DNA of 64,000 bases from Woeseiaceae bacterium (GCA_033720315.1 JAWWCT010000012.1:5982-69981); one strand, 5' to 3'; counted from the stretch's first letter, positions 10,203 to 19,910 are shown. Notes: generated by a model from the letters alone, not told the origin. Translations and numbers: made by a program.

Positions 10203-10246
10203 GCAGGAAGTAGGTGCCCAAAGAGGCGCATTTTGACACAGTCGCT

Positions 10247-10268
10247 ATCGCGGCTAAAGCCGCGCCCC
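10247..10268. repeat. REP-like palindrome atcgcggctaaagccgcg
   Basis: Same core (cgcggc-taaa-gccgcg), located just upstream of lipA. Confidence 0.65.
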
Positions 10269-10340
10269 CCGGCGAACCCATGAAACCGGGGAGCGGGGTT
10301 AGCCCCGATAGCCGAAGCTGAATCATGCGATGCCCGCGGC

Positions 10341-10394
10341 AATGGCAAGACCAGGCAAAAAAAAGCCCGGTACAAGACCGGGCAAATCAGGGGG
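10341..10394 (-). terminator. rho-independent terminator inside a 54-bp direct repeat (copy 1)
   Basis: The minus strand reads gcccggt-cttgt-accgggc followed by T8. The 54-bp unit is repeated 125 bp away with 2 mismatches. Confidence 0.85.
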
Positions 10395-10465
10395 CAATTT
10401 GCCTGCGGTCTCGACATGAGCGAGTCCGGCCGGTGCAAATTGATCTTTAGTCCAGTGCCGAAACG

Positions 10466-10519
10466 AATGGCAAGACCAACCAAAAAAAAGCCCGGTACAA
10501 GACCGGGCAAATCAGGGGG
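10466..10519 (-). terminator. rho-independent terminator inside a 54-bp direct repeat (copy 2)
   Basis: Identical hairpin plus T8, 32 nt downstream of the stop of 10551..10748. Confidence 0.85.
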
Positions 10520-10550
10520 AAAGAAAGTAAACGCCAGAAGTACGTGTTCG

Positions 10551-10748
10551 TTAATGCAACCTTGACCAGCTAACGAGCTTCACTGCGCTCTGTTGCAGGT
10601 CGAAATTCTTTGCCAGTACGGCCTCGATGTCTGCAACGTCCGAGTTCTGATCCATCGGCCGGCTTAGCTCCACGACACCGCTGAATTCGTTACCGCCGCG
10701 ATAATCCGCGTCGGTGAGTCGAAACTGTGTGTAGTACTTTGCAGACAT
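10551..10748 (-). CDS. small hypothetical protein (65 aa)
   Basis: Internal ATG of the 144-aa track ORF. The upstream part of that ORF is R/G/P-rich and unlikely to be coding. The gene is followed by two strong terminators. No family recognised. Confidence 0.45.
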   Translation of the reverse strand: MSAKYYTQFRLTDADYRGGNEFSGVVELSRPMDQNSDVADIEAVLAKNFDLQQSAVKLVSWSRLH

Positions 10749-11072
10749 GGGGCACAGCTTACGCATTGCCAGTGGCGGGGTCTGTGAGCCAAACCACAAA
10801 TCGAATGCTCTGTTTTGGCGATGCTCAGAATGGTGAAATGGGTCACAAACCCCGTCACCACCGGCACCCCGCAGCGGGCCAGGCGGCCGGCGCTTATGCC
10901 CATATGGGCTCGCGGGAGGTGCAATTCCAGCGTAAAATCGTCCCCTTACGACATAAGCGGTTGTGGATAAAGAGATCCAATCCACAGAATTGGGCTACAG
11001 GGATATGTAATATCGCGAGTATTGTCGTAATCGCGTCTAAATCTTTGTTTTTTGAGATATTGGTACTACAAA

Positions 11073-12539
11073 ATGGCCTTTCGAAGCAGTTTTGTCAGCT
11101 CATCCCTGCTCGTTATTTTCGTACTCTGGGCAGGATTCTCCACGGCTCAGGACGAGCTCCGTAACACCTTCTTCAAGGAGGCGGATGCCGCCCGTGCGGC
11201 AGCCGACGCGGTGAATGCCTACCTGCTGGCGCCGCGCAGCTACGGCGCCGCCACCAAGGATTACGAAGCGGCGGACGCCGCATTGGCACGCGGCCGCAAC
11301 ATCGAATACGTGCGAGACAAGGCAGCCAGCGCAGTGCGCCACTACAACACCGCAACGACTGCGGCCGAGTTGGCGCACACGGTGTTGTCGCAGGTAATGA
11401 AAAGTCGCCAGGACGCGGCCAACGCAAAGGCACCGGAACTGTCGCCCGACATCTGGGACAAGGCGCAGCGAGAATTCGGTTCGGCGATTCGCTACCTTGA
11501 ACGAGGCGATCTGAAAAATGCCAAGCGCAAGGACATCGAGGCAACCAGTCTCTACCGGGACGCCGAACTGGTCGCCATCAAAGCCCAGTACCTGACCGAG
11601 ACGCGGCAACTGCTGGCGGACGCGGACCGCGCACGGGTCGGCCGTTACGCACCGATTACGCTCGGCAGGGCAAAGCAGTTGCTGGCGGAAGCGGAGAAGG
11701 AGCTGAACGAGAACCGATACGACACCGACCGTCCACGCAGCCTGGCCCGCCAGGCAAACTACGAGGCCAAGCACGCAATCTATTTGTCGGAAGTCGTGCG
11801 CGACGTGCGCGACGATGAAATCACCATCGAGCAGCTGATCCTGCAGTGGGAAGAGCCGTTGAACCAGATTTCGGGGGCCGCGGACATCGTGCCCGCGATG
11901 GCGGCGGGTCCGGCCGAACTGACCCAGGAACTGGTCGATTATGTCGAGAACCTGCGTAATTCGGTTCAAAGCCTCGAGCAGGAAACCCAGGAAGGCAACT
12001 TGCGGATGGCGGACATGGAAGAGGAATTGCGCACGCTCGACGAGCGACTCGGGGGCGCAACGCAGGAGCGTCTCGCTCTCGTGCAGCGTCTGGAAGCGCA
12101 GGCGCGGATCAAGGAGCAGTTCGAGAAAGTCGAAAAAATGTTCACCCGCAACGAGGCACGTGTATTCCGCGAGGGCAACAACGTTATTTTGCGGCTAGTG
12201 GGATTGACCTTTGACAGCGGCCAATCTGAAATACGCCAGAGCAGTTATCCGCTGCTGCAAAAGGTCGAAAGGGCGATCGATGTCTTTCCGCGCAGCGAGC
12301 TGGTCATCGAAGGGCATACCGATTCCTATGGCGGCGACGAATCGAACCAGATTCTCTCGCAACAACGCGCGGAATCCGTACAGCGTTACATGATCAACGC
12401 AATGCGCATACCCAGTTACCGGTTGATTGCAACGGGTTATGGCGAGACGCACCCGGTTGCCAACAACGAGACCGAGGCGGGCCGCGCGAGAAACCGGCGG
12501 ATTGATATAGTGATCAAACCAAACCTGGATCCAGCGTAA
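11073..12539 (+). CDS. OmpA-family protein with long coiled-coil N-terminal region
   Basis: Signal peptide MAFRSSFVSSSLLVIFVLWAGFSTAQ. The C-terminal OmpA_C domain reads LVIEGHTDSYGGDESNQILSQQRAESV...NRRIDIVI. Confidence 0.85.
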   Translation: MAFRSSFVSSSLLVIFVLWAGFSTAQDELRNTFFKEADAARAAADAVNAYLLAPRSYGAATKDYEAADAALARGRNIEYVRDKAASAVRHYNTATTAAELAHTVLSQVMKSRQDAANAKAPELSPDIWDKAQREFGSAIRYLERGDLKNAKRKDIEATSLYRDAELVAIKAQYLTETRQLLADADRARVGRYAPITLGRAKQLLAEAEKELNENRYDTDRPRSLARQANYEAKHAIYLSEVVRDVRDDEITIEQLILQWEEPLNQISGAADIVPAMAAGPAELTQELVDYVENLRNSVQSLEQETQEGNLRMADMEEELRTLDERLGGATQERLALVQRLEAQARIKEQFEKVEKMFTRNEARVFREGNNVILRLVGLTFDSGQSEIRQSSYPLLQKVERAIDVFPRSELVIEGHTDSYGGDESNQILSQQRAESVQRYMINAMRIPSYRLIATGYGETHPVANNETEAGRARNRRIDIVIKPNLDPA

Positions 12540-12547
12540 CCGACCCT

Positions 12548-13459
12548 TCAGGTAACGCTTTTCCACCAATCCCGAATGACCGTTGCGGTTACCTCGTTTA
12601 CGAGGTAACCGTATTCGGTATGCACGTTCAACACGCCATTCATGTGGTAGTAGTTGTAAGTCGCCAGGTCCACGATGTCCTCGAGCAGTCCGAGGTCGAT
12701 CATTTCCCCGAAATCGTTCTTCAGGGTCATGTCGAGCGCGGTCAACTCGCCGACCGCAGCGATGTTGATCCAGCGACGCACGTTGGTCGGAAATCGTTCA
12801 ACGCCTTCCCTGTCCCGGCCCTTGAGCCGTTTCTGAATGAGCCGCTGCCCGAGCGGACTGCCGGTCGTGAGCCACAGGTCGACCATCAGCTCGTCATCCG
12901 CCTCATGGGACAACTGCCAGAGCGTGTCGTAGGCAATGACGGAGCCCATGCTGTGTCCATACAGCAGAATCGGCCGCCTGGCGCTGTCGGCGGCCCGCAG
13001 CCTGATCTTTACCTCGCGACGTATGATCTCGGCGATATCGTCCTTGTTCTTCGCGTAGCGCCGGAGATCGAGCAGCTGCAGCTCGACATCCTCGTTTGCG
13101 ACCCTCGGAATCAGGAACGGCAGGTGGTCCGCGGCCTGATACAAGGACCGGATGGTGCGGCGCTTCAATGAGGTGGCGAGATTCCTGTCGTCGTCGCTGG
13201 GCCCGGTTTTTTCGAGAAGCGCTTCGATGTCCTCGAGATCCAGGTTGATATCGCGATGCTCGCCGTAAAAATCGTAAGTCCAGCTCACCAGGTCGAAGAA
13301 GTGCTCGTTCGCGCTCATTTCGCTGGCAGTCGCCGGATCGACGCGCCTTACGCCTTCGATCATGCAGCGCAGAATCTGCTCACGGTGCAGCGATGACTCG
13401 GGCTTCGGTTTGAGGCCGGGTATATAGAGTATGAGCGGCCCCTGAGACAGGTCGGTCAT
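12548..13459 (-). CDS. alpha/beta-hydrolase-like protein (lipase motif GHSMG)
   Basis: 303 aa with the nucleophile elbow [13 protein letters not shown]. No closer family recognised. Confidence 0.65.
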   Translation of the reverse strand: MTDLSQGPLILYIPGLKPKPESSLHREQILRCMIEGVRRVDPATASEMSANEHFFDLVSWTYDFYGEHRDINLDLEDIEALLEKTGPSDDDRNLATSLKRRTIRSLYQAADHLPFLIPRVANEDVELQLLDLRRYAKNKDDIAEIIRREVKIRLRAADSARRPILLYGHSMGSVIAYDTLWQLSHEADDELMVDLWLTTGSPLGQRLIQKRLKGRDREGVERFPTNVRRWINIAAVGELTALDMTLKNDFGEMIDLGLLEDIVDLATYNYYHMNGVLNVHTEYGYLVNEVTATVIRDWWKSVT

Positions 13460-14169
13460 TTGCCACCGCCATTTTTACCGGCCGCCGATTCGAGCAGCTC
13501 GAGCAACTCGGGAATGCTGCTGATGACCGCGTCGGGTTCCGGCAATTCATCCGGCCACGGCTCAGCGTTGCGGTTGATCCAGGCAGTCGACAGGCCGGCT
13601 TTTCGTGCCCCGTTGACATCGGTCTCCGGGTGGTCGCCGACATGCAGGATTTCCTCGGACGAACAGCCGCATCTGAGGACGGCCTCAGCGAAGATTTCGC
13701 GCGAAGGTTTGGCGAAGCCGACCTCTGCAGCCGCAACGACGTCCTCGAACAGGTGGCGGATGCCGATGACCTCGAGGTTTGCGTTGCCGTTCGTCAGCGC
13801 CACGAGTTTGAACTTCGCTGCGAGCTGATCGAGGCCCGGCTGCACGTCCGGGAACAGTTCCACCTCGTTACGGGCGCGATCGAACACCTCGAACGCCGGG
13901 TCTACCAGGTCTGTCGTATACCCTGCATGCAAGGCCACCCGCTCGAGCACTTTTTTTCTCAGGAAGCGGAAGTCATGCCCTTTGTCGCGAAATTCACCGA
14001 CGACCGCTTCGCGCATCTCGAGCAGCGCCTCGGGCGCAAACATTGCAGGAATGTTGGGGTACTGTTCGCCCAGCCAATCCCACAATGCGGTCTCCGCACG
14101 GCGTATGACCGGATCGATGGCCCAGAGCGTGTTGTCGAGATCGAGGGTTATGGCGCGGATGCGGTGCAA
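13456..14169 (-). CDS. HAD superfamily hydrolase
   Basis: Motif I is [10 protein letters not shown]; motifs LTNGN and VGDHPETDV are also present. I chose TTG 14169, seven codons before motif I. The maximal ORF runs to GTG 14262 and would overlap gloA, so the start is uncertain. Confidence 0.75.
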   Translation of the reverse strand: MHRIRAITLDLDNTLWAIDPVIRRAETALWDWLGEQYPNIPAMFAPEALLEMREAVVGEFRDKGHDFRFLRKKVLERVALHAGYTTDLVDPAFEVFDRARNEVELFPDVQPGLDQLAAKFKLVALTNGNANLEVIGIRHLFEDVVAAAEVGFAKPSREIFAEAVLRCGCSSEEILHVGDHPETDVNGARKAGLSTAWINRNAEPWPDELPEPDAVISSIPELLELLESAAGKNGGGK

Positions 14170-14247
14170 ATCAATGTCCGGTGCAGAAACTTTGCAGCAT
14201 TGTCGTCTTATAATGAGCCACAGTTCAACCGACGAGTCTGCACCGAG

Positions 14248-14667
14248 ATGAAATACCTGCACACCATGGTTCGCGTCAGCGATATCGACGAATCAATCGA
14301 TTTTTACTGCAACAAGCTCGGTCTCGAGGTGCTGCGACGTCATGAAAACGACGAGGGCCGCTTCACCCTCCTGTTCCTCGCAGCCCCCGGCGACGAGGAC
14401 GCACAGGTCGAACTGACCTACAACTGGGATCCCGAGGAATACACCGAGGGCCGAAACTTCGGGCATCTCGCCTACGCCGTCGACGATATATACGCAACCT
14501 GCCAGCGGTTGATGGACGGCGGCGTCACCATCAACCGGCCGCCGCGCGACGGTCGCATGGCGTTCGTGCGCTCGCCGGACAATATTTCGATCGAGTTGTT
14601 GCAGAAGGGCGAGCCGTTGCCGAAAGCGGAACCTTGGACTTCGATGGAAAACACCGGCCATTGGTAG
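14248..14667 (+). CDS. gloA: lactoylglutathione lyase (glyoxalase I)
   Basis: 139 aa. [26 protein letters not shown]...[11 protein letters not shown]...ISIELLQ is a typical small GloA. A TATAAT lies at 14209-14214. Confidence 0.9.
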   Translation: MKYLHTMVRVSDIDESIDFYCNKLGLEVLRRHENDEGRFTLLFLAAPGDEDAQVELTYNWDPEEYTEGRNFGHLAYAVDDIYATCQRLMDGGVTINRPPRDGRMAFVRSPDNISIELLQKGEPLPKAEPWTSMENTGHW

Positions 14668-14755
14668 TTGCTCAGTCGCCCGATTTGGCATTGGACTAGA
14701 GATCAATCTGCAATTGCCAACCGCTCAATTCGCATACCGGGGGCAGATTGGGGCC

Positions 14756-14782
14756 TCCATGGAGAATACCGGGCACTGGTAG
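14756..14782 (+). pseudogene. relic copy of the gloA 3' end (codes SMENTGHW*)
   Basis: tcc atg gag aat acc ggg cac tgg tag compares with the gloA end tcg atg gaa aac acc ggc cat tgg tag. There are five differences and all are synonymous. Confidence 0.55.
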
Positions 14783-14786
14783 TGCG

Positions 14787-14808
14787 GATCGCGGCTAAAG
14801 CCGCTCCC
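14787..14808. repeat. REP-like palindrome gatcgcggctaaagccgctccc
   Basis: Same core as the other copies, located between gloA and batD. Confidence 0.65.
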
Positions 14809-14876
14809 GCTGAAGCAAGACAATGAGCCTGGAAAAGTCGCGGGGGATGCCCCGGCCCCAAGACACAAAAGAAATT

Positions 14877-14887
14877 GGGGGGGGGGG
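14877..14887. repeat. homopolymeric G11 tract (followed by T5)
   Basis: Counted directly: gggg at 14877-14880 plus ggggggg at 14881-14887. It is intergenic, 17 nt beyond the batD stop. Confidence 0.9.
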
Positions 14888-14903
14888 TTTTTCGCCGCGA
14901 TGC

Positions 14904-16586
14904 TCACGCGGGCATAAGAGGTGGCAGGTCGTCGGTCGGCTTGTGTTGTTTTTCTTCCTGCAGCACGTTGATGGTGCGCAGCGACTTGGCGAGCGACTCG
15001 AAGTCGAACGATTCTTTGCGCGGCCCGTAGGCTGCCCGGCACATCGCGTCGAGTTGCGTCGACAACGGCATCGCTACCCGGGTTGCGAATTCGCCGATGT
15101 TGAGCGGTGGATTGTCCGGCCATTCCAGGCGACCCCAGCGCAGCAATGCAGAACGCACGCCCGCGTCGTCGCGAGCCCTGGCTGCTTTGCGCGCGTCCTT
15201 CAGGATCTTCGCCTGTTGCTTGTAAATCGGCGGCGGTTGCGGTTGCTTCGGTTCGGGTTTCACCGGTCGGCGCGACCACCACCAGGAAAAGACCGTCAGA
15301 ACCCACAGGACGAGGAGCGCCTCGCTCACGCGCCGCCAGAAACTCGAATGTACGATTGTGCCGCTCGCTGCCGGCAGCGTTTGCGGCGTCGGCTCGTCCT
15401 CGATCTCGACCGGTGGCGGCACCGCGGCATTGGCCGAGGGCAGGATCTCCAGCGAAATGCCGGGAAGGCTCGCAACTTTCCAGACGGCTTCTTCGATGTC
15501 CCACCATGGCAATTGCAACTCGGGCAAATCCACCTTGCCGGGCGAAATGCCGATCATTGCGTATTGATCCTTGCGGGTGGCACGTATGCCGGCGGCTTCT
15601 GCGGTGTCACGCAGGTCCGGCTTGTCCGGATAGACTTTGACCGTATCGGCAACCTCGGGGTCGATCACCGGAATCTGCGTCGACAACTGACCCAGCGCGG
15701 TGACCGTAATGTGCCGGGTGATCGGTTCACCGGCGGGCAGCGTATCCGGTTCGCGTGACCAGTCCTCGCTCAGGGTGACATCGCGCGCCGGAAACCACAC
15801 GGCGGCGGGAAAATCGTCAGGCGGCGGCGGAATGGGATTGACGGTAACCTCGATGGCTTCTGACTCGAAAATCTTGCGTCCGGTGATGCGGCCATCGCGC
15901 AAGACCCTGGCTTCGAATCGCGCGGGAGCGATCTGAATCTGGCCGCTTTCCTGCGGAAAAATGGCATACACCCGTTCGACGACGTTGTAGGCCTTGCCGC
16001 TCAGGATCGATTCGTAACTGCGTTCCTCGCCGGCTACCTCGAGAAGCACTTCGACGCCGCGTATGTCCGGTTCACTGAGTCGCGGCTGGCGCGTCGCGAC
16101 CGCACGATACACCTTGACGGTGTACAACAACTGCGCCTGCACAAAACTGTCGCTGTGGTCGACTTCGGTGGTCACGAAAATGTCCGCTTCGCCGGGCAGC
16201 GCGTTGGACGGGGCGCGCACCGAAATCGGTACCGGCGCACTGCGTTCGTTACCGACGACGATCGGCGGGATTTCGAGGTCGCCTTCCCGCTTCGCCATGA
16301 GTATGTAAGTCCAGGTGCGCGAGCGACTGATCTGGCCGTTGACGATGGTCGTGTTGCTGAGCTGGCTGCGCTGCCCGATGTAAAAATCCTCCTCGAGCGC
16401 CGATGCGTCCGGCTCCTGGTCGATCGCGGTGTCGACGGTGACCTTGAGCGTGAACGATTCGTTCAGTTCGATGTCGGCGCGATCGACGCTGGCAATGACG
16501 GCCGCGTCAGTGGCGGTCGATAGTGCGATGCCGAGTACGCCGCAGGCAATTGCGACAATGCTGAGGATTGGCCTGCCGATCACCAT
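14904..16586 (-). CDS. BatD family (oxygen-tolerance) protein
   Basis: 560 aa with a signal peptide and a late TM helix. It is the last gene of a MoxR/DUF58/VWA operon, which is the usual BatD position. Confidence 0.75.
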   Translation of the reverse strand: MVIGRPILSIVAIACGVLGIALSTATDAAVIASVDRADIELNESFTLKVTVDTAIDQEPDASALEEDFYIGQRSQLSNTTIVNGQISRSRTWTYILMAKREGDLEIPPIVVGNERSAPVPISVRAPSNALPGEADIFVTTEVDHSDSFVQAQLLYTVKVYRAVATRQPRLSEPDIRGVEVLLEVAGEERSYESILSGKAYNVVERVYAIFPQESGQIQIAPARFEARVLRDGRITGRKIFESEAIEVTVNPIPPPPDDFPAAVWFPARDVTLSEDWSREPDTLPAGEPITRHITVTALGQLSTQIPVIDPEVADTVKVYPDKPDLRDTAEAAGIRATRKDQYAMIGISPGKVDLPELQLPWWDIEEAVWKVASLPGISLEILPSANAAVPPPVEIEDEPTPQTLPAASGTIVHSSFWRRVSEALLVLWVLTVFSWWWSRRPVKPEPKQPQPPPIYKQQAKILKDARKAARARDDAGVRSALLRWGRLEWPDNPPLNIGEFATRVAMPLSTQLDAMCRAAYGPRKESFDFESLAKSLRTINVLQEEKQHKPTDDLPPLMPA

Positions 16587-18385
16587 GGCTGCACCTCATC
16601 GTCCGGCCACAGGTTGTTGCCGTCCTGGTCTCGACCCTGACGTTGATACTGGTAGCGGAATTTGCGGCGCAGCAGACCGCCCGGGTCGTCCGGGATACGT
16701 CGCAACCATTGTTCCATGGCCTGGCGTTGTTCCTGCGCACGGCGCATGGCTTCCGCGTCCACCTGGCTCATGCCCTGTTGTTCCTGCGACTCGCCGGCCT
16801 GTTGCGCCTCCTGTGCCGCGCGTTCCAGCTCGGCCTGCATGGCCTCCAGGTCGTCCTGGTTGACGTTTTCCTGGTCGCGCACCGACGATTCGCCTTCCTC
16901 TCCCGGCTCCCCGGTCGAGCCTTCCTGGCCGGATTCGTCCGACTGGCTCTGCCCTTCGGACTGCTGGGCGCCGCCGCCGGATTCGGACGAGTTTTGCTGA
17001 TCGCCCTGCTCGCCGCTTTGTGAATCCTGGTTTTGTTCCATGAGCTCTTTCAACAGATCGCGATTGTAAGCAGCGTCTTCCATGTCCGGATCGATCTCCA
17101 GTACCTGCTCGTATTGTTCGATGGCAGCCTCGAACTCGCCCATGCGCGCGAGTGCATTGCCGAAGTTGTAACGATTGTCGATATCGTCCTGGCTTGCGAA
17201 GCCGGCCGCACTGGGACCGTATTCGCCGGCACGGTATTTGGCAACCGCCTGCCAGGCAGGATCCTCGAACAATTCGCCCGCCTCGAGCGCATTGCCGTTC
17301 GCGAGTTCACGCTGCGCCTGCTGGTCTTTGGTCAGCCACAGGTCCTGCCATTCGAACGCGTACACAGGGTCCGCGACCGGCAGCAGGAAAACCAACAGCA
17401 GCATCACCAGGCCGCGGCGAAACGCCATTGCCGCGATCGGAACCAGCAGCAGCAACAACCACGGGCCTTCCTCCTGCCACTGGTCGGTCGCCAGCGATTC
17501 GTCTGATTCCGACGACTTGCCGACCCTGCCCGACAACAGGTATTCGATATCGCCGTCGTCGGCGGACATCGATGCGAAACGGCCGCCGCCGGCCGCTGCC
17601 AGGCTGCGTAAGGCGGCTTCCTCGACCCTGGGCACAACGATATTGCCACTGCGATCGGTGACGAAGCCGCCGCCGGCCCGCGGAATCGGCGCTCCCTCAC
17701 CGGTACCGACACCGAGGATCGACAAACCATACCCGGCGCTTTGCAATTCTTTGGCCGCACGTTCGGCTGCCGGCGAGGTGCCGCCATCGGTGATCAGCAG
17801 AACTTCACCGAACACCGCGCCGGCCTGTTCGAGCAATTGTCGCGACTTGTTGATCGCCGACACCGGATAGCTGCCGCGACTCGGCATGATGTCGGTGCTC
17901 AGGCTGTTGACCAGCGCGGCGATGGTGTCGGTGTCGGTCGTGAGCGGCGTGACCGTGAACGCGTTCGATGAATACACGACCAACGCAGTCTGGCCGCTCT
18001 GGCGCCGCTCGAGAATGTCGAGGATCTTGAGTTTGGCGCGGGTCAGCCGGCTCGGCGTCAGGTCCTGGGCGTCCATCGATCGCGACAGGTCGAGCGCGAT
18101 CACCACTGCCTGCTCGGACCTGAACACCGGTTGTTCGACGCGTTGCCAGCTCGGACCGGCCAGCGACAGCACGGCAAGCACGCCGCCGATGAGCGCCAGC
18201 CACCAGCGATAGTTGAGCCGCCGGATCTGCGCTCGCGACAACACGAACGGAGCGAGTGCCGGGTCGACGACACGTTGCCAGTTGCCGGGTGACAGCTGCC
18301 GATGCGCCAGCGCGTAAATCATCAGGCCGATGAGCGGCAATGCCCACAACCATTCAGGCCGCAGAAAATGAAACTCAGCCAGCAT
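16580..18385 (-). CDS. VWA domain + TPR protein (BatB/BatC-like fusion) with acidic Q/S/E-rich tail
   Basis: The N-terminus MLAEFHFLRPEWLW is typical of Bat VWA proteins. It has the VWA MIDAS motif DLSRSM, a TPR-like segment (YNFGNALARMGEFEAAIEQYEQVLEIDP) and a low-complexity acidic region. Confidence 0.8.
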   Translation of the reverse strand: MLAEFHFLRPEWLWALPLIGLMIYALAHRQLSPGNWQRVVDPALAPFVLSRAQIRRLNYRWWLALIGGVLAVLSLAGPSWQRVEQPVFRSEQAVVIALDLSRSMDAQDLTPSRLTRAKLKILDILERRQSGQTALVVYSSNAFTVTPLTTDTDTIAALVNSLSTDIMPSRGSYPVSAINKSRQLLEQAGAVFGEVLLITDGGTSPAAERAAKELQSAGYGLSILGVGTGEGAPIPRAGGGFVTDRSGNIVVPRVEEAALRSLAAAGGGRFASMSADDGDIEYLLSGRVGKSSESDESLATDQWQEEGPWLLLLLVPIAAMAFRRGLVMLLLVFLLPVADPVYAFEWQDLWLTKDQQAQRELANGNALEAGELFEDPAWQAVAKYRAGEYGPSAAGFASQDDIDNRYNFGNALARMGEFEAAIEQYEQVLEIDPDMEDAAYNRDLLKELMEQNQDSQSGEQGDQQNSSESGGGAQQSEGQSQSDESGQEGSTGEPGEEGESSVRDQENVNQDDLEAMQAELERAAQEAQQAGESQEQQGMSQVDAEAMRRAQEQRQAMEQWLRRIPDDPGGLLRRKFRYQYQRQGRDQDGNNLWPDDEVQPW

Positions 18386-19409
18386 TGAGCCTCGCCTTGC
18401 GCACGCGAACGGCATCGAGTCCGGCGAGCAACGTCATGCCGGCCAGGAACATCGCGAGTATGAAGGCCCCGCCGAGCGGCCAGTAGTACAGGGATTTCAC
18501 CGGCCGGAAGCCCGCTTCCGGTTCCGCAACCGGTTCCATCTCGTCGAGTAATCGATAAATGTCCTGTAACCCGGCCGTGTCCTTGGCGCGGAAGTAGCGG
18601 CCACCGGTGAGGTCGGCAATCTGGGTCAGCGTCGCCTCGTCGAGGTCCGCGGAAGGGTTCACCCGGCGCATGCCACCGGTGATGGACGACACCACCATCT
18701 GTTCTGCACCGATGCCGATCGTGTAGATGCGAAGGCCGATCTGCTGCGCCAGTTCGGCGGCCTTGATCGGGTCGATTTCGCCGGCCGTATTGGCGCCGTC
18801 AGTCAGAAGTATGAGTACCTGCTCGTCGGCATCCGCACCCTGGTCATGAATTCTCTTGACGGCCAGCGTAATCGCGTCGCCGATCGCGGTTTTTTCACCG
18901 GCGAGCCCGATGAACGATTCCAGCAACAGAATTTTTACTGTTTCCCGGTCCAGTGTCAGCGGTACCTGCAAATAGGCGCGCTCGCCGAACAGGATCAGAC
19001 CGATGCGGTCGCCTTCACGGCGGCCGATGAAATCGCTGGCGACCGCCTTGGTTGCAGTCAGCCGGTCGACACGCCGATTGCCGAGCTCGAAGTCCTTGGC
19101 ATCCATGCTGCCGGACAGATCCACGGCGAGCATCAGGTTGCGCCCGGACACCGGCACGTCGAGTTCATCGCCGATGCGTTCCGGACGGGCCGCCGCCAGT
19201 ACCAGCAGCAGCCAGGCGACGATGGCGATCCAGAAGCGCCAGTTGAAAAGCTGCTCGGCTTCCGAGCGATCCCTGAGTACCGCGAAGCGCTCCAGGCTCG
19301 GCACTTTGAGACCGGCGTCCTGCGAGCCTGTTACCGGGGACATCAGGTAGCGCACCAACAGCGGCAGCGGCAGTGCCGCCAGCATCCAGGGCCAGGCCAG
19401 GGACCACAT
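18375..19409 (-). CDS. VWA domain membrane protein (BatA-like)
   Basis: 344 aa with N- and C-terminal TM helices and the MIDAS motif DLSGSM. Confidence 0.85.
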   Translation of the reverse strand: MWSLAWPWMLAALPLPLLVRYLMSPVTGSQDAGLKVPSLERFAVLRDRSEAEQLFNWRFWIAIVAWLLLVLAAARPERIGDELDVPVSGRNLMLAVDLSGSMDAKDFELGNRRVDRLTATKAVASDFIGRREGDRIGLILFGERAYLQVPLTLDRETVKILLLESFIGLAGEKTAIGDAITLAVKRIHDQGADADEQVLILLTDGANTAGEIDPIKAAELAQQIGLRIYTIGIGAEQMVVSSITGGMRRVNPSADLDEATLTQIADLTGGRYFRAKDTAGLQDIYRLLDEMEPVAEPEAGFRPVKSLYYWPLGGAFILAMFLAGMTLLAGLDAVRVRKARLNAG

Positions 19410-19903
19410 CAGTCCGGCTCCGCAGCAACGGGGGTACGCAATCGGGTCTCGATCGCGCCGATCAGACCTTCGAGGTCGACATCGTCCTCGAGCTTATCGG
19501 GGCGGCGGTACGGCAGTGACTCAACTGCTTTTCCCGCACCGGCGGTGAAGAGCTTCTCGTCGAGCCCCTCATCGAGCCAGTGGAGCCAGCGCTCGCCCGT
19601 CAGGCCGGCAACCTCCTGCCTCGGGACATACGCGAGCATGGTGCGGCGCAACAGTTCGGACAGCTGCTTGGCCAGGGTAATGTCATCGATGCCCGCGGCG
19701 AACTGCTTTCTGATGCGCCGCAATTCCCCGAGCGCAACCCGACGCAATGCATTGTGGCGCCATCGGCGTATCGCCTGCACGGCGTAATACACGAGCACGG
19801 CCACCGCCACCAGGATCAGGAACCACCATCCGGGTGCGGGCGGCCACCAGCCAATCGCCTCCGGAAGGTGCAGGTCTCGCAATGGTATCTGGCTTGGATC
19901 CAT
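19409..19903 (-). CDS. DUF4381 domain protein
   Basis: Internal ATG. IPLRDLHLPEAIGWWPPAPGWWFLILVAV is the hallmark DUF4381 N-terminus. Its stop overlaps the batA-like start by 1 nt (TGATG). Confidence 0.75.
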   Translation of the reverse strand: MDPSQIPLRDLHLPEAIGWWPPAPGWWFLILVAVAVLVYYAVQAIRRWRHNALRRVALGELRRIRKQFAAGIDDITLAKQLSELLRRTMLAYVPRQEVAGLTGERWLHWLDEGLDEKLFTAGAGKAVESLPYRRPDKLEDDVDLEGLIGAIETRLRTPVAAEPD

Positions 19904-19910
19904 GAAAGCC

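Noticed and set aside
10199-10510. 103-aa minus-strand ORF spanning the lipA upstream region.
   Set aside because: It runs straight through two intrinsic terminators and a REP element. Its repetitive peptide simply mirrors the DNA repeats.
14668-14755. MITE insertion with target-site duplication as an explanation for the duplicated gloA end.
   Set aside because: The two copies differ at 5 positions, all synonymous, and the intervening 88 nt lacks convincing terminal inverted repeats. Allelic replacement fits better, so it is reported as a finding instead.
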